Shown in pieces: positions 35,269-43,501 of a DNA stretch of 43,501 bases. Below the pieces are notes generated by a model, which worked only from the letters and a program-made list of their open reading frames with translations, searched no databases and was not told the origin of the DNA. Position 1 is the stretch's first letter. The number at the start of each line of letters is the position of its first letter. The position numbers were made by a program, and so were the translations under genes. Source of the DNA: Chloroflexota bacterium (GTDB taxonomy: Bacteria > Chloroflexota > Limnocylindria > Limnocylindrales > CSP1-4); NCBI GenBank assembly GCA_043739665.1, contig JAYUDR010000015.1:1-43501 (forward strand), written 5' to 3'.

Positions 35269-36414
35269 TCAGTGTCTCACCGAAGCGTTGACCGCGGGCC
35301 GGCCAAGAAGCGTCTGGGCCACGCGCCTGATGTCGCGGCTGACGGCCGCGTCCGGGCTCGAGACTACGAACGGCATACCTTCGTTGTTGGCCTGGACCAC
35401 AAGGCGCCCGTCGGATACAACCTCAAAGTCGGGCCTTCGGCCAAGAGCCCGGGCCAACTCATCGTGGCCGATGCCGCCACTCGAGTCAGACCGGTTGACG
35501 AGGTACTGCATCTTCTCAGGTGCGTAGCCGATAGATAAAAAGACATCAGCAACCGCGATCGTGTTGTGGATCGTTGTCGAGTCATATGTCACGATCGAGA
35601 GAACGACGTCAGAGGCATCGAGTAAGGCCAGGGTTATTTCCGAGAGATTGGTCGGCGTGTCAATGATGATGGCCTCGTATAGCTGCCGCAGCAGCGAGAT
35701 AGTCTTTTCAACGTCGCGCGCGTTGACCATCTCCGCCATCTCCACGCGCGGTGGAGCAAGCAGGATGTCGATTCCAGCGGGGTCCCGCCACATCACGTCG
35801 CGCAGGTCTGACTCCTGGACCCGATCCGTGGGCAGGTCCAGAATCGACGGGACGTCGCTGGGCACCTTGAGCAGCGCCCGCAGGTCGCCGTACTGCAAGC
35901 TACCGTCGATAAGGGCCGTGGCCACGCCCAACTGGGAGAGCGACACGGCCAAGTTGAAGGCGATCGTCGTCTTCCCCACGCCGCCCTTAGGGGCGAACAC
36001 CGAGATGACGCGGCAGGCGCCCGATGACCGAGACTGGCGGTCGGCCAGCACGTGGCTCAGGGTGTTGACCAGCTCGAAGCCGCTGAAGGGCAGCGTCAGT
36101 ACCGCATCGATGCCCCTGCCGGGGTCTCGAGCCAGTGGATGCTGTGGAACCGTCAGGACCACGACCGGAACTTGAAGGCCCGAGTCCCGCAGCTTTTCGA
36201 TGAGTTGCGGCCCCTTCACCTTGCCTTGTAGCAGCAGGTCGACCATGACGACGTCGGGGCGGAGCTGTTTGACCACCTCGACGACTTTGGAGCCGTCGTT
36301 AAGCACCTCAAGCAGCTTGACCTGCGACTGGCTGCTCAGGAGGTTTCGGACGTGCTGGCTTACCTGCGGAACGTCTTCCGCGACTAGCAGGCGAATCGAG
36401 TTAGGTGTAGCCAC
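35269..36414 (-). CDS. Receiver-like domain fused to a ParA/MinD-superfamily ATPase (CpaE-like), canonical deviant Walker A
   Basis: Receiver domain IRLLVAEDVP...PDVVMVDLLL...VVVLTV...VLTLPF, with Leu where the conserved Lys of the KPF motif is expected. ATPase ISVFAPKGGVGKTTIAFNLAVSL...LIDGSLQYGD...IIDTP. Confidence 0.8.
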   Translation of the reverse strand: MATPNSIRLLVAEDVPQVSQHVRNLLSSQSQVKLLEVLNDGSKVVEVVKQLRPDVVMVDLLLQGKVKGPQLIEKLRDSGLQVPVVVLTVPQHPLARDPGRGIDAVLTLPFSGFELVNTLSHVLADRQSRSSGACRVISVFAPKGGVGKTTIAFNLAVSLSQLGVATALIDGSLQYGDLRALLKVPSDVPSILDLPTDRVQESDLRDVMWRDPAGIDILLAPPRVEMAEMVNARDVEKTISLLRQLYEAIIIDTPTNLSEITLALLDASDVVLSIVTYDSTTIHNTIAVADVFLSIGYAPEKMQYLVNRSDSSGGIGHDELARALGRRPDFEVVSDGRLVVQANNEGMPFVVSSPDAAVSRDIRRVAQTLLGRPAVNASVRH

Positions 36415-36426
36415 GACCCGACTATA

Positions 36427-37242
36427 TCAAGGTCGCGCGGCGGGTCTCCCCCGCCGATGCGCTACGAGGATGGCCCGGTCGTCATAGGCCGATACCGCAT
36501 TCAGGGCGTAGTCACCCGCCACAACCTCCACCACGAGCCCTGCAGACTCGGCGATGGAGCGCAGATCGCCGGCGTTGAGTAGCGTCATGCGATCCTCGCG
36601 CAGCCAGCGACGAGTAGGGCCGCCCTGCTCGCCTTCGTCGTAGATAACCGTCAAATTGACGTGACCGGCGGCGGGTTCGTACTGCGCTGCGGCGCTCTTG
36701 GTCACTATCAGCCCGGACTCTGGGTCGGTGCGCACGTACTCAAGGCTGAGCCGGCCGTCGTAGTGGGCCAGTTCCTGCGCGCTCGGCAGCCACAAATCGA
36801 CCACTGCCAGCCCGCCCGGTAGTAGATGGCGGGCCATCGTCTTTAGCGCCTGCTCCTGAAGTTCGCGCGAGCCAAGCAACAAGATCGAGTTCAGGGCGAG
36901 GATGGCCAGACGGAACCTGGGACCTCCGGGCAGGTTAAGGCCGACAAGGTTGTCCTCCACGAAGTCGAGTCGGGCGCGCACATCGGGGTCGAGTTTGCCA
37001 GCCGCCGCCCCGGCCCGGGCAAGCATGCCGGCGTCGATATCTACGAGGGTGACGTCGTAGCCGGCCTTGGCCAACGGCAGGGCCACGCGTCCAGATCCGG
37101 CGGCGATTTCCAGGATGGGTCCGCCCGTGCGAGAAGCCAGGGCCAGGTAAAGGTCCACATCGCCCGGATCGTCGAGAAGGTCCACGTCGTAGAGGCGAGC
37201 CAACGAAGCGGCTGTGCTGGGATCATGTCGAGACTCGATCAT
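36427..37242 (-). CDS. Class I SAM-dependent methyltransferase
   Basis: Motif I ILEIAAGSGRVALPLAKAGYDVTLVDIDAGML, and LNSILLL. I prefer the ATG at 37242 (MIESRHD...). The track ORF extension to 37503 overlaps the upstream membrane-protein gene. Confidence 0.8.
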   Translation of the reverse strand: MIESRHDPSTAASLARLYDVDLLDDPGDVDLYLALASRTGGPILEIAAGSGRVALPLAKAGYDVTLVDIDAGMLARAGAAAGKLDPDVRARLDFVEDNLVGLNLPGGPRFRLAILALNSILLLGSRELQEQALKTMARHLLPGGLAVVDLWLPSAQELAHYDGRLSLEYVRTDPESGLIVTKSAAAQYEPAAGHVNLTVIYDEGEQGGPTRRWLREDRMTLLNAGDLRSIAESAGLVVEVVAGDYALNAVSAYDDRAILVAHRRGRPAARP

Positions 37243-37293
37243 CGCATACAGGTTATCCGGTCCGAACCAGGGCCGGTTAGGGCCACGACGCAC

Positions 37294-37316
37294 GGGCGGC
37301 AACGACGCTGCCGCCC
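37294..37316 (-). other. Strong GC hairpin between the membrane-protein gene and the methyltransferase gene
   Basis: GGGCGGCA-7 nt-TGCCGCCC, an 8-bp perfect stem, with no U tract. Confidence 0.4.
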
Positions 37317-37349
37317 GCTCGAACCTGGCGCCGCCTGCCGGCACGGCAC

Positions 37350-37724
37350 CTAACGCTCCATCGAGAGGGTGATCTCTGCCAGCAGCACCAAAACCACCAC
37401 GAAGACCGCGATGGGAAGACTCAGAACGGCCTGAAGCCGAAGCGCCACAAACAGCGCCACTACCGCCGCCACCCACGAACCTCGCCGGATGGCCCGACCC
37501 CAATCGCCCAGCAGCGCGATGCGCCGATGTCGGGCAAAGGGCACGAGCCAGAAAAGAGGCACGGCCGTCAGGCCACAGGCGGAGCCGATGAACCCGGCCC
37601 CGACGAGGCCGGTCGTCGGGTTATCGCGCGGATACGTCGTGGTGACAACCTGGGCTACCGCAACCCAGACCACGAGCGCCATGGCGATGAACAGCATGTT
37701 GCAGAAGCGGTCCCTGGCTTGCAT
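37350..37724 (-). CDS. Small multi-TM membrane protein, unknown function
   Basis: Four hydrophobic segments: LFIAMALVVWVAVAQVV, LVGAGFIGSACGLTAVPLFWLV, WVAAVVALFVAL and LPIAVFVVVLVLLA. No family recognised. Confidence 0.5.
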   Translation of the reverse strand: MQARDRFCNMLFIAMALVVWVAVAQVVTTTYPRDNPTTGLVGAGFIGSACGLTAVPLFWLVPFARHRRIALLGDWGRAIRRGSWVAAVVALFVALRLQAVLSLPIAVFVVVLVLLAEITLSMER

Positions 37725-37735
37725 CGTGCGTCAGT

Positions 37736-38536
37736 CTAAGGAGTAGCTAGGTCGGTCTGCAGGCCGATGGCCGCCTCGAGGTCCAAGACCGTGTCGAGCT
37801 CCAGATCCGGCACCACATCTACCGGAGGCGCGACGGGCAGCGACGAGTCCTCCGGCTTGACCCGGACCAGGGCCGCTCGCCATCCGAGTGCCTGGGCGCC
37901 CACCACGTCCGCACCAGGATCGTCACCCACGTGCAGGATTGCTGACCCCGATGGCACGCCCAGTTCCCGCGCTGCCGCCTGGAAGATCGCCGCTCCAGGC
38001 TTGATGACGCCGACCCGCTGTGAGACCACGACCGCGGCCAAATGTCTCCGCCACCCGGCAGACTCCACGAAGCGGTCGACGGCGAGGGCCAGCGGCCAGT
38101 TCGACAGGATGGCCATCCGATACGACCGAGCCAGGCGCTCGAGCATGGGACCGATCCCCACCGGCACGGCCGTCATCTGAACAAAGGCGTCGGCGTAGGC
38201 GTCCAGGATCGCCTCGAGTTCCCGCGGGCTGGAGTACGACGCGATGCTGGCGTCATCCCAGCGTACGGAGCTGGGCGGAGCTTGGCAGCCCCGGAGACGG
38301 GCGAGCACACGCACCACGCGTACTTCCATGTCCGCCTCGCGTCCGTCGGGAACGTCCTCGGCGAACTGGCGCAGACGCTCCTCACCCCAGACCCTGACGA
38401 CCTGATCTGCCGGGCGCCCAGTGAACGAGCTCATCCTCGCCGCCGTAACCTCGACAACCCTCGCCATCGGGCCGGGCGGAAACGGCACGAGCGTATTGCC
38501 GAAGTCGAACGTGATTGCTTCGAGTCCGTCAATCAT
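37736..38536 (-). CDS. HAD-superfamily hydrolase (subfamily IA-like)
   Basis: Motif I ITFDFGNTLV. Motif IV HVGDDPGADVVGA. The ATG at 38536 overlaps the helicase-nuclease stop (ATGA). The track ORF extends to 38584. Confidence 0.75.
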   Translation of the reverse strand: MIDGLEAITFDFGNTLVPFPPGPMARVVEVTAARMSSFTGRPADQVVRVWGEERLRQFAEDVPDGREADMEVRVVRVLARLRGCQAPPSSVRWDDASIASYSSPRELEAILDAYADAFVQMTAVPVGIGPMLERLARSYRMAILSNWPLALAVDRFVESAGWRRHLAAVVVSQRVGVIKPGAAIFQAAARELGVPSGSAILHVGDDPGADVVGAQALGWRAALVRVKPEDSSLPVAPPVDVVPDLELDTVLDLEAAIGLQTDLATP

Positions 38537-41500
38537 TTGGCCGCGCTCGCGGGGCAGACGTCGCGGAAGGCGCAGTAGCCGCACGACATGTAGTCTGGCG
38601 TGGCTTGGTATCGGCGGGCGCGAATACCAACCGCGGCCTGACGAATAGACTCGCGGGCCTTGTCCAGCCTCTTCTCTTCAGGCTCGACGCGGCCCACCAG
38701 GCCCGACTCGAGAAACCACAGCTGCAGGGCGTCCGGCAGCCGGCCAGTCTCGGCTTGGTAGGCCATGGCGTAGATTTGAAGCTGCAGGGAATCTCGGGCA
38801 CGTTCACGCGCTCGCACCGGATCGCGGACGTCACTTGACTTGTAGTCGGTGATGGTCACCCGCTCGGGGTAAAGGCCCGGCAAGGCGGGCGTGATCTCGT
38901 CGGCTTGCTGGCGCTCCCCCACCCCGTCGTGCGCCGGCGCTGCCGGCAGTCGCTCGATGTCAACTCGGTCCATGCGCCCGCGGATCCGGTCGCCGTCGAG
39001 GAGGAAACTGAACTCACGCTCCACGTAAGCCGGCACGACCGTCCCGGGCCGCAGTTGCTCTTCTCGAAACCTTCGCAGCGCGGCGCGCCCCGCCTCGAGC
39101 CGCGCTTCCTCGTGCTCGCGAGTGAGAAACCCCTCGTTTGACCAGGCCCGGCCAAACGCCGCGAGCAGCTCTTCCTCCGACATCGTCTGGCCGCGCGCCG
39201 CCAAGCGGTGGAACTCCTGCACCGCCTTGTGCAGCGCCGAGCCGTAGACGATCGCGTGGTGAGGCGCGATCGGGATTCGCAATACGTGAACGTACTTGTA
39301 CTTCAGCGGGCAGGTCAGGTAGTCGTCCACCTGGTAGAAGCTCAGCGACAGCGGCCCTTCGACCGGGTCGCGGCTGGGCTTGCCCGGCCCGACAGGCTCG
39401 GCTTTCGGCTCAAAGGCAGACAGGCGCTCGAGCGGCGAGTGTGCAGCGACGTCGGCGGCGGCACCTGCGGCAGCCGAGGCCGCCAAATCAAGAGCCTCCA
39501 GGACGAACTGCGAGACGCGTCTGGATCGCTTGCCCCCGTAGTCCGCCGCGTGGGTCAGCAGCAGCTCGTCACGAGCCCTCGTCATGCCAACGTAGAAGAG
39601 GCGTCGCTCCTCCTGGACGCGGGCGTCACCCTCGGGCAGAACCTCGTGCACGAGCGCGACCGGGAGCGCCAGCTGCTCTCGCCGCGTTCGGGCGGGAAAG
39701 CGGCCGTCCACCAGGCCGGTCATGAAGACCACCGGGAATTCCAAGCCCTTAGCCTTGTGTACGGTCAAGACAGCGACCGCATCGGCGTCCGGATCTACTT
39801 CCGCCGTGGCGGGGTCGTCGCCAGCGTCGATGAGCGTTTGGAGGTGACGGGCCACGAAGACGACCCGATCGTCCGGGACGACATCCGACTGGGCCCTTAT
39901 GATCTCGAAGAAGTGGGCGATGTTCTGGAGCGCCTCCTCAGCCGCCACCGTGTCCGTGGACGCCAGTCGCGACAGCTGGCCACTATCCCTCAGGAACTCA
40001 TAGAGCACCTCGCCCGCGGGGCGCGCATGGGCGAGGTCGGTGAACTTGTGTAGGTCGGCGACCAGCCGCTCCATTGCGGCTCGCGTGTCCGGCCCGAGTC
40101 GCAATAGGCCGGGCTGCTGGGTCAGCTCCTCGATGACCTCCCAGAGCGAACGGTTCCGGCGACGCGCCGAATTGACGATTGCCGTCAGGTCCGGCCCGCC
40201 CAGGCCGTATACGCGGGAGGCGGCCAGGGCATAGACGTCAACGCTTGACGAGAGGTCCGCAACGGCCCGGAGAAAGGCCAGCAGTAGCCGGATCTCGGGC
40301 CGCGCATACAGTCCCGACGTCCCCGAGAAACGCCACGGCATAGAGGCCAGGTTCAGGCTGCGGAGGATTGGGTCGGCATCCGCGTTGGCCCGCACGAGAA
40401 CCGCAAAGTCGCGGGGCCGCGCACCACCAACCACGCGAGTGGCAATCTCACGGGCGACCCAGTCCGCCTCCTCCGAGCCGGTGGCAAAGACCATGTGGCG
40501 AACCGGTAACTGCGGGCCGCCACGTTCGGCGACCAAGCGCTTGTCGATGCCGTTGCGAACCTCAAGGCGGTCAGGGTCGTTGAAGCGAATCAGCCTGTAA
40601 CTAGTGTCGAGAATTGGAGCGCGGGAACGGTAGTTCCGCCGCAGGACCACCTGATGGGCCCGCGGGTAGTGCCGTTTGAACTCCAGGATGTTGCTGATGG
40701 CCGCGCCTCGGAACTTGTAGATCGATTGATCATCGTCGCCGACGACGGTCACATTGCCGTGGAGTGCAGCCAGCAGTTGCACCAGCTCTGACTGGGCCTT
40801 GTTGGTGTCCTGAAATTCATCGACGAGGATGTATTTGTAGCGGTGCTGAAGCTCGACGCGCGCGGCCGGGGACTCGCGCAGCAACCGCAGTGCCAGACTC
40901 ACCTGATCGCCGAAATCTATGAGCCCGGCCTCCCGCAGCAGGGTCTGGTAGCGGTCGTAGGCGTTTGCAAGCTCGGTCTGGCGCCGCGCGTCCTCCTCGA
41001 GGGCCCGCAACTCATCCGCTGATGCGTCCTCGCCAGCGGCCTCGCCGCCCGCAGCGCCCGCGACGGCGCGAACCTCCGCCGCCCGCGCCGCCAGTGCAGA
41101 GGCGTATTCGAGGTAGGCCTGCGGCTCGACGTCTTCGTCCTTGCAGCGACTGAAGAGGGTCGTCAGGGCACCAAGAAACCTCGTCGGGTCGCCCAATGGA
41201 CGATATTCGTCCAGATCGAACCGAAAGAGCCTTTCCCGCAAGAATATGACGACCTCCGGCCGCGACAGGACCCGAGAGTCTGTGGGCAGGCCCAACTCCA
41301 GGGCGAACTCGCGGATGAGCCGGTCGCCAAAGGCGTGGAACGTGGACACGGCTGCGTCCGTGTAGCCGTAGGGCACGAGCTGATCAACCCTGGTTTGCAT
41401 CTCGTCCGCGGCCTTGTCCGTGAAGGTCAGGGCCAGGATCTCCGACGGCCGGGCCCGGCGTGTCGCGATCAACCAGGCAATTCGGCGCGTAATCACCTGG

Positions 41501-41715
41501 GTCTTGCCGGTGCCCGCCCCTGCGACCACGAGCAGCGGTCCACCGCCGTGACAGACGGCCCGACGCTGCTCGACGTTCAGTCCGGCAAGCAGGGCCGAGA
41601 CTCCCTCCTGTGTCCCAGACGCGTCGTCGCCTTCTTCAGGCTCCGACCACCAGACTGGGATCTGCTGAAGCGGCTGCGGCTCTGGTGTGGATGCCTTGCG
41701 GCTCTGGCGCGTCAT
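38533..41715 (-). CDS. UvrD/PcrA-type superfamily-1 helicase fused to a C-terminal Fe-S PD-(D/E)XK (Cas4/AddB-type) nuclease domain
   Basis: Helicase motifs LLVVAGAGTGKTQV (I), ILVDEFQDTN (II), TVHKAKGLEF and YVGMTRAR (VI). C-terminal ITDYKSS...LQLQIYAMAY nuclease core. Cys ligands YLTCP...CGYCAFRDVC (C...CxxCx5C). Confidence 0.88.
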   Translation of the reverse strand: MTRQSRKASTPEPQPLQQIPVWWSEPEEGDDASGTQEGVSALLAGLNVEQRRAVCHGGGPLLVVAGAGTGKTQVITRRIAWLIATRRARPSEILALTFTDKAADEMQTRVDQLVPYGYTDAAVSTFHAFGDRLIREFALELGLPTDSRVLSRPEVVIFLRERLFRFDLDEYRPLGDPTRFLGALTTLFSRCKDEDVEPQAYLEYASALAARAAEVRAVAGAAGGEAAGEDASADELRALEEDARRQTELANAYDRYQTLLREAGLIDFGDQVSLALRLLRESPAARVELQHRYKYILVDEFQDTNKAQSELVQLLAALHGNVTVVGDDDQSIYKFRGAAISNILEFKRHYPRAHQVVLRRNYRSRAPILDTSYRLIRFNDPDRLEVRNGIDKRLVAERGGPQLPVRHMVFATGSEEADWVAREIATRVVGGARPRDFAVLVRANADADPILRSLNLASMPWRFSGTSGLYARPEIRLLLAFLRAVADLSSSVDVYALAASRVYGLGGPDLTAIVNSARRRNRSLWEVIEELTQQPGLLRLGPDTRAAMERLVADLHKFTDLAHARPAGEVLYEFLRDSGQLSRLASTDTVAAEEALQNIAHFFEIIRAQSDVVPDDRVVFVARHLQTLIDAGDDPATAEVDPDADAVAVLTVHKAKGLEFPVVFMTGLVDGRFPARTRREQLALPVALVHEVLPEGDARVQEERRLFYVGMTRARDELLLTHAADYGGKRSRRVSQFVLEALDLAASAAAGAAADVAAHSPLERLSAFEPKAEPVGPGKPSRDPVEGPLSLSFYQVDDYLTCPLKYKYVHVLRIPIAPHHAIVYGSALHKAVQEFHRLAARGQTMSEEELLAAFGRAWSNEGFLTREHEEARLEAGRAALRRFREEQLRPGTVVPAYVEREFSFLLDGDRIRGRMDRVDIERLPAAPAHDGVGERQQADEITPALPGLYPERVTITDYKSSDVRDPVRARERARDSLQLQIYAMAYQAETGRLPDALQLWFLESGLVGRVEPEEKRLDKARESIRQAAVGIRARRYQATPDYMSCGYCAFRDVCPASAAK

Positions 41716-41752
41716 ATTGAAAGACTCGCGGACCCCCGTGACATCTCACGTG

Positions 41753-42610
41753 TCACGAGCCGGGCTTGTCCGCCTGTTCGACCGCCTCAGGTGCGGGAGG
41801 ACGACCGGGCTTCCGGCCGGCCTTTTCCGACTCAGCGCCCGGTTGGCCCAAGATCGTGGACTTGACCTGGCCTTGGACCCGCTCGGTGGCTGGCCGTTCG
41901 GATATTTCCTGGACGGGGACGGCCGGAACAACCGGAACCGGGTTAGCCCTGAACGGGGACGAGGCTGCCTTGCCCTGAGCCGGGGCAGGTGCAACCCTGG
42001 CCGAAGCGGCCGGCTTCGGTTCGGCAGCGTTGTCCGTGACCGCGGTCACGGCCGCCCTGGCCACGGCGGCAGCGGCGGCGGCCTTGGTCCGGCTCGCAGC
42101 CGCGCGACCTTTGGCGACCGCTCCGGCGCCGCTCCTGTCACGGGCCTCATCGATCGCCTGAGTCTCCTCCGGCGATGTCGTGGCATCTGGTTTGCCGTTG
42201 GTGACGACCTTGGCATAGATCCGAGTGCCTGTCCGCGAGTGAAGGCTGCTGATGATGAGTCCGTCGTCAGATTCATCGAGGAGGGCGAGCGCAAAGCTCT
42301 GATTGCCGCCCGTGTCCTCAAACGGGCTGAAGCGCACCAGCCCCTGGCGGGCATAGTGGTGGCGGCCAGCACTCTCGAGCACGGCCATTCGCGCCGTCAA
42401 CTCGTCCAGGTCTTGCCCCACCTCGTGGACGGTCTCAAGGTGTTGGCCAAGCACGGCCTCGAGGTCGCCCTCCGCACCGCCGGTGAGCATGTCGATCCGC
42501 TGCTTCATCCGGCTGATCTGCAGTGACTGCAGCATCACGATCACCAGCAGACACATGCCGGCTAGGAAAATGAATATGGCAGCCAGGTTGTTGCCGATTA
42601 TGTCGAACAC
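41753..42610 (-). CDS. DUF4446-family membrane-anchored protein with a long Ala/Pro-rich C-terminal tail
   Basis: N-terminal TM segment LAAIFIFLAGMCLLVIVML. Core RQGLVRFSPFEDTGGNQSFALALLDESDDGLIISSLHSRTGTRIYAK is typical of DUF4446. GTG start with GGAGG 5 nt upstream. Confidence 0.75.
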   Translation of the reverse strand: MFDIIGNNLAAIFIFLAGMCLLVIVMLQSLQISRMKQRIDMLTGGAEGDLEAVLGQHLETVHEVGQDLDELTARMAVLESAGRHHYARQGLVRFSPFEDTGGNQSFALALLDESDDGLIISSLHSRTGTRIYAKVVTNGKPDATTSPEETQAIDEARDRSGAGAVAKGRAAASRTKAAAAAAVARAAVTAVTDNAAEPKPAASARVAPAPAQGKAASSPFRANPVPVVPAVPVQEISERPATERVQGQVKSTILGQPGAESEKAGRKPGRPPAPEAVEQADKPGS

Positions 42611-42786
42611 ACTTGCCTCCGCTCAATCGTTCCGGAGTCTACCAGCCGGCGACGCACGGCGGCTCCGCGCCACCTCGATCCGCCGCGTAATGCTATTCTC
42701 ACGGCTGGGCTAGACCTATCGAACCGACCGGCGACGCCTGCCCCGCGTCTGCCCACGACTGAGCCAACGGAGGCCGTTCACCCATC

Positions 42787-43164
42787 ATGGCCAAGCGCAC
42801 TCGCGGATCAAACCGTCCTGGCCAGCGGCAGTCCGCCCGACCCCAATTGCAGCCCGTCAGCCGGCCCACCGACAGCCTTTCTCGCGACGACGAAACCCGT
42901 GCGGCCGAGCTTGAGTCGCAGATCGTCGCTCGCGAACGCGTCGCCGACACAGACCGTGCCCGCGCGCGTGACCGGGCCAAGATCGAGCCGACCCGATCCG
43001 GCCACGCCGGCGGACAGGGCCTTCTCGCTGCCCGAGCTGCGAAGGAGTACGACTACCTCGTGCGGGACCTCCGCCGCATCGTTTTCGTGGGCGGCATGCT
43101 CGCAGCAATCATGGCCGCCATCTTCGTACTGGTCGATGTAATCCACGTCGTCGCCATCAGCTAG
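42787..43164 (+). CDS. Small basic protein with a C-terminal TM anchor, unknown function
   Basis: N-terminus MAKRTRGSNRPGQRQSARP. Charged helical middle region. C-terminal IVFVGGMLAAIMAAIFVLVDVI. GGAGG lies 13 nt upstream of the ATG. Confidence 0.5.
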   Translation: MAKRTRGSNRPGQRQSARPQLQPVSRPTDSLSRDDETRAAELESQIVARERVADTDRARARDRAKIEPTRSGHAGGQGLLAARAAKEYDYLVRDLRRIVFVGGMLAAIMAAIFVLVDVIHVVAIS

Positions 43165-43205
43165 AACGGTCCGTTCGTGGGCCTTCGCCGCAGGCGCGAC
43201 CCAAC

Positions 43206-43501
43206 CTAGTTGGACGGTGCTTCCGAGCCCTTCTCAATGCGCCCAGGAACGAGCACCTCGACCCGCGGCGGCCGGTCCAGCGCACGCCTGACCGCATCGC
43301 ACAGCTCCCGAGGCGTGAACGGCTTGGCCAGCAGGGCCCCTTCGGCCAAGGCCCCGCTGAGATCTTCCTCACGGTCGCGCGGATAGCCCGACATAAAGAG
43401 CACCCTGAGGGAGCGCCGGCTCGACGTAAGGGCGGCGGCAATGGTTGGCCCGTCGAAGTCGGGCATCACGACATCGGTCACCAGAAGATCGAGGTCGTCC
43501 C
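43206..43501 (-). CDS. Response-regulator receiver domain, C-terminal part (gene starts beyond the window end)
   Basis: The frame stays open to the window edge: ...DDLDLLVTDVVMPDFDGPTIAA...RVLFMSGY...LAKPFTPRELCDAV. The phospho-acceptor D, the S/T position and the KPF motif are all present. Confidence 0.75.
   Translation of the reverse strand, partial: DDLDLLVTDVVMPDFDGPTIAAALTSSRRSLRVLFMSGYPRDREEDLSGALAEGALLAKPFTPRELCDAVRRALDRPPRVEVLVPGRIEKGSEAPSN

Noticed and set aside
41687-42526. 279-aa plus-strand ORF
   Set aside because: It is antisense to the DUF4446 gene, which has a recognisable family core, a GGAGG site and a TM anchor. The plus-strand translation is Arg/Gly-rich with no features.

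Overview
The window is a GC-rich bacterial chromosomal segment (about two-thirds G+C by eye, not computed). Gene content and synteny look like core genome of a high-GC monoderm-type lineage (Chloroflexota- or Actinomycetota-like), but the taxon cannot be fixed from this sequence. I support 36 protein genes (31 on the minus strand, 5 on the plus strand) and one tRNA(CAU). Genes are tightly packed, with many 1-8 nt start/stop overlaps. Contents fall into five groups. Cell envelope and division: murE (partial), a FemAB-family transferase, murI, an FtsB/DivIC-like protein and ftsH. DNA transactions: xerC, topA, dprA, comM/yifB, an MrfA/MrfB-like helicase-exonuclease pair, a UvrD-type helicase fused to an Fe-S PD-(D/E)XK nuclease, and a DnaB-C-terminal-domain-only ATPase next to thpR. 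Membrane quality control: an ECF sigma factor, a long NfeD protease and an SPFH/stomatin protein. Regulators: two degenerate receiver+ParA/MinD (TadZ/CpaE-like) ATPases, a NarL-type response regulator and a partial receiver domain. Assorted metabolism: tyrA, NUDIX, TrpB2, an M20 peptidase, a PfkB kinase, ychF, a 2-hydroxyacid dehydrogenase, a DUF2342 metalloprotease, a methyltransferase and a HAD hydrolase. I found no CRISPR array, transposase, phage module, toxin-antitoxin pair or recognisable defence island, so this reads as an ordinary core region rather than an accessory one. The most unusual arrangements, all hypotheses, are: (1) an ECF sigma factor translationally coupled to an NfeD protease whose extra N-terminal cytoplasmic+TM segment sits where an anti-sigma factor is expected, followed by SPFH; (2) two orphan pseudo-receiver/ParA-like ATPases with complementary degenerate motifs; (3) a DnaB-C-only ATPase with ThpR; (4) a divergent control region with a near-consensus promoter for a probably leaderless ftsB-like mRNA and a 13/14 SOS-box-like site ahead of mrfA.
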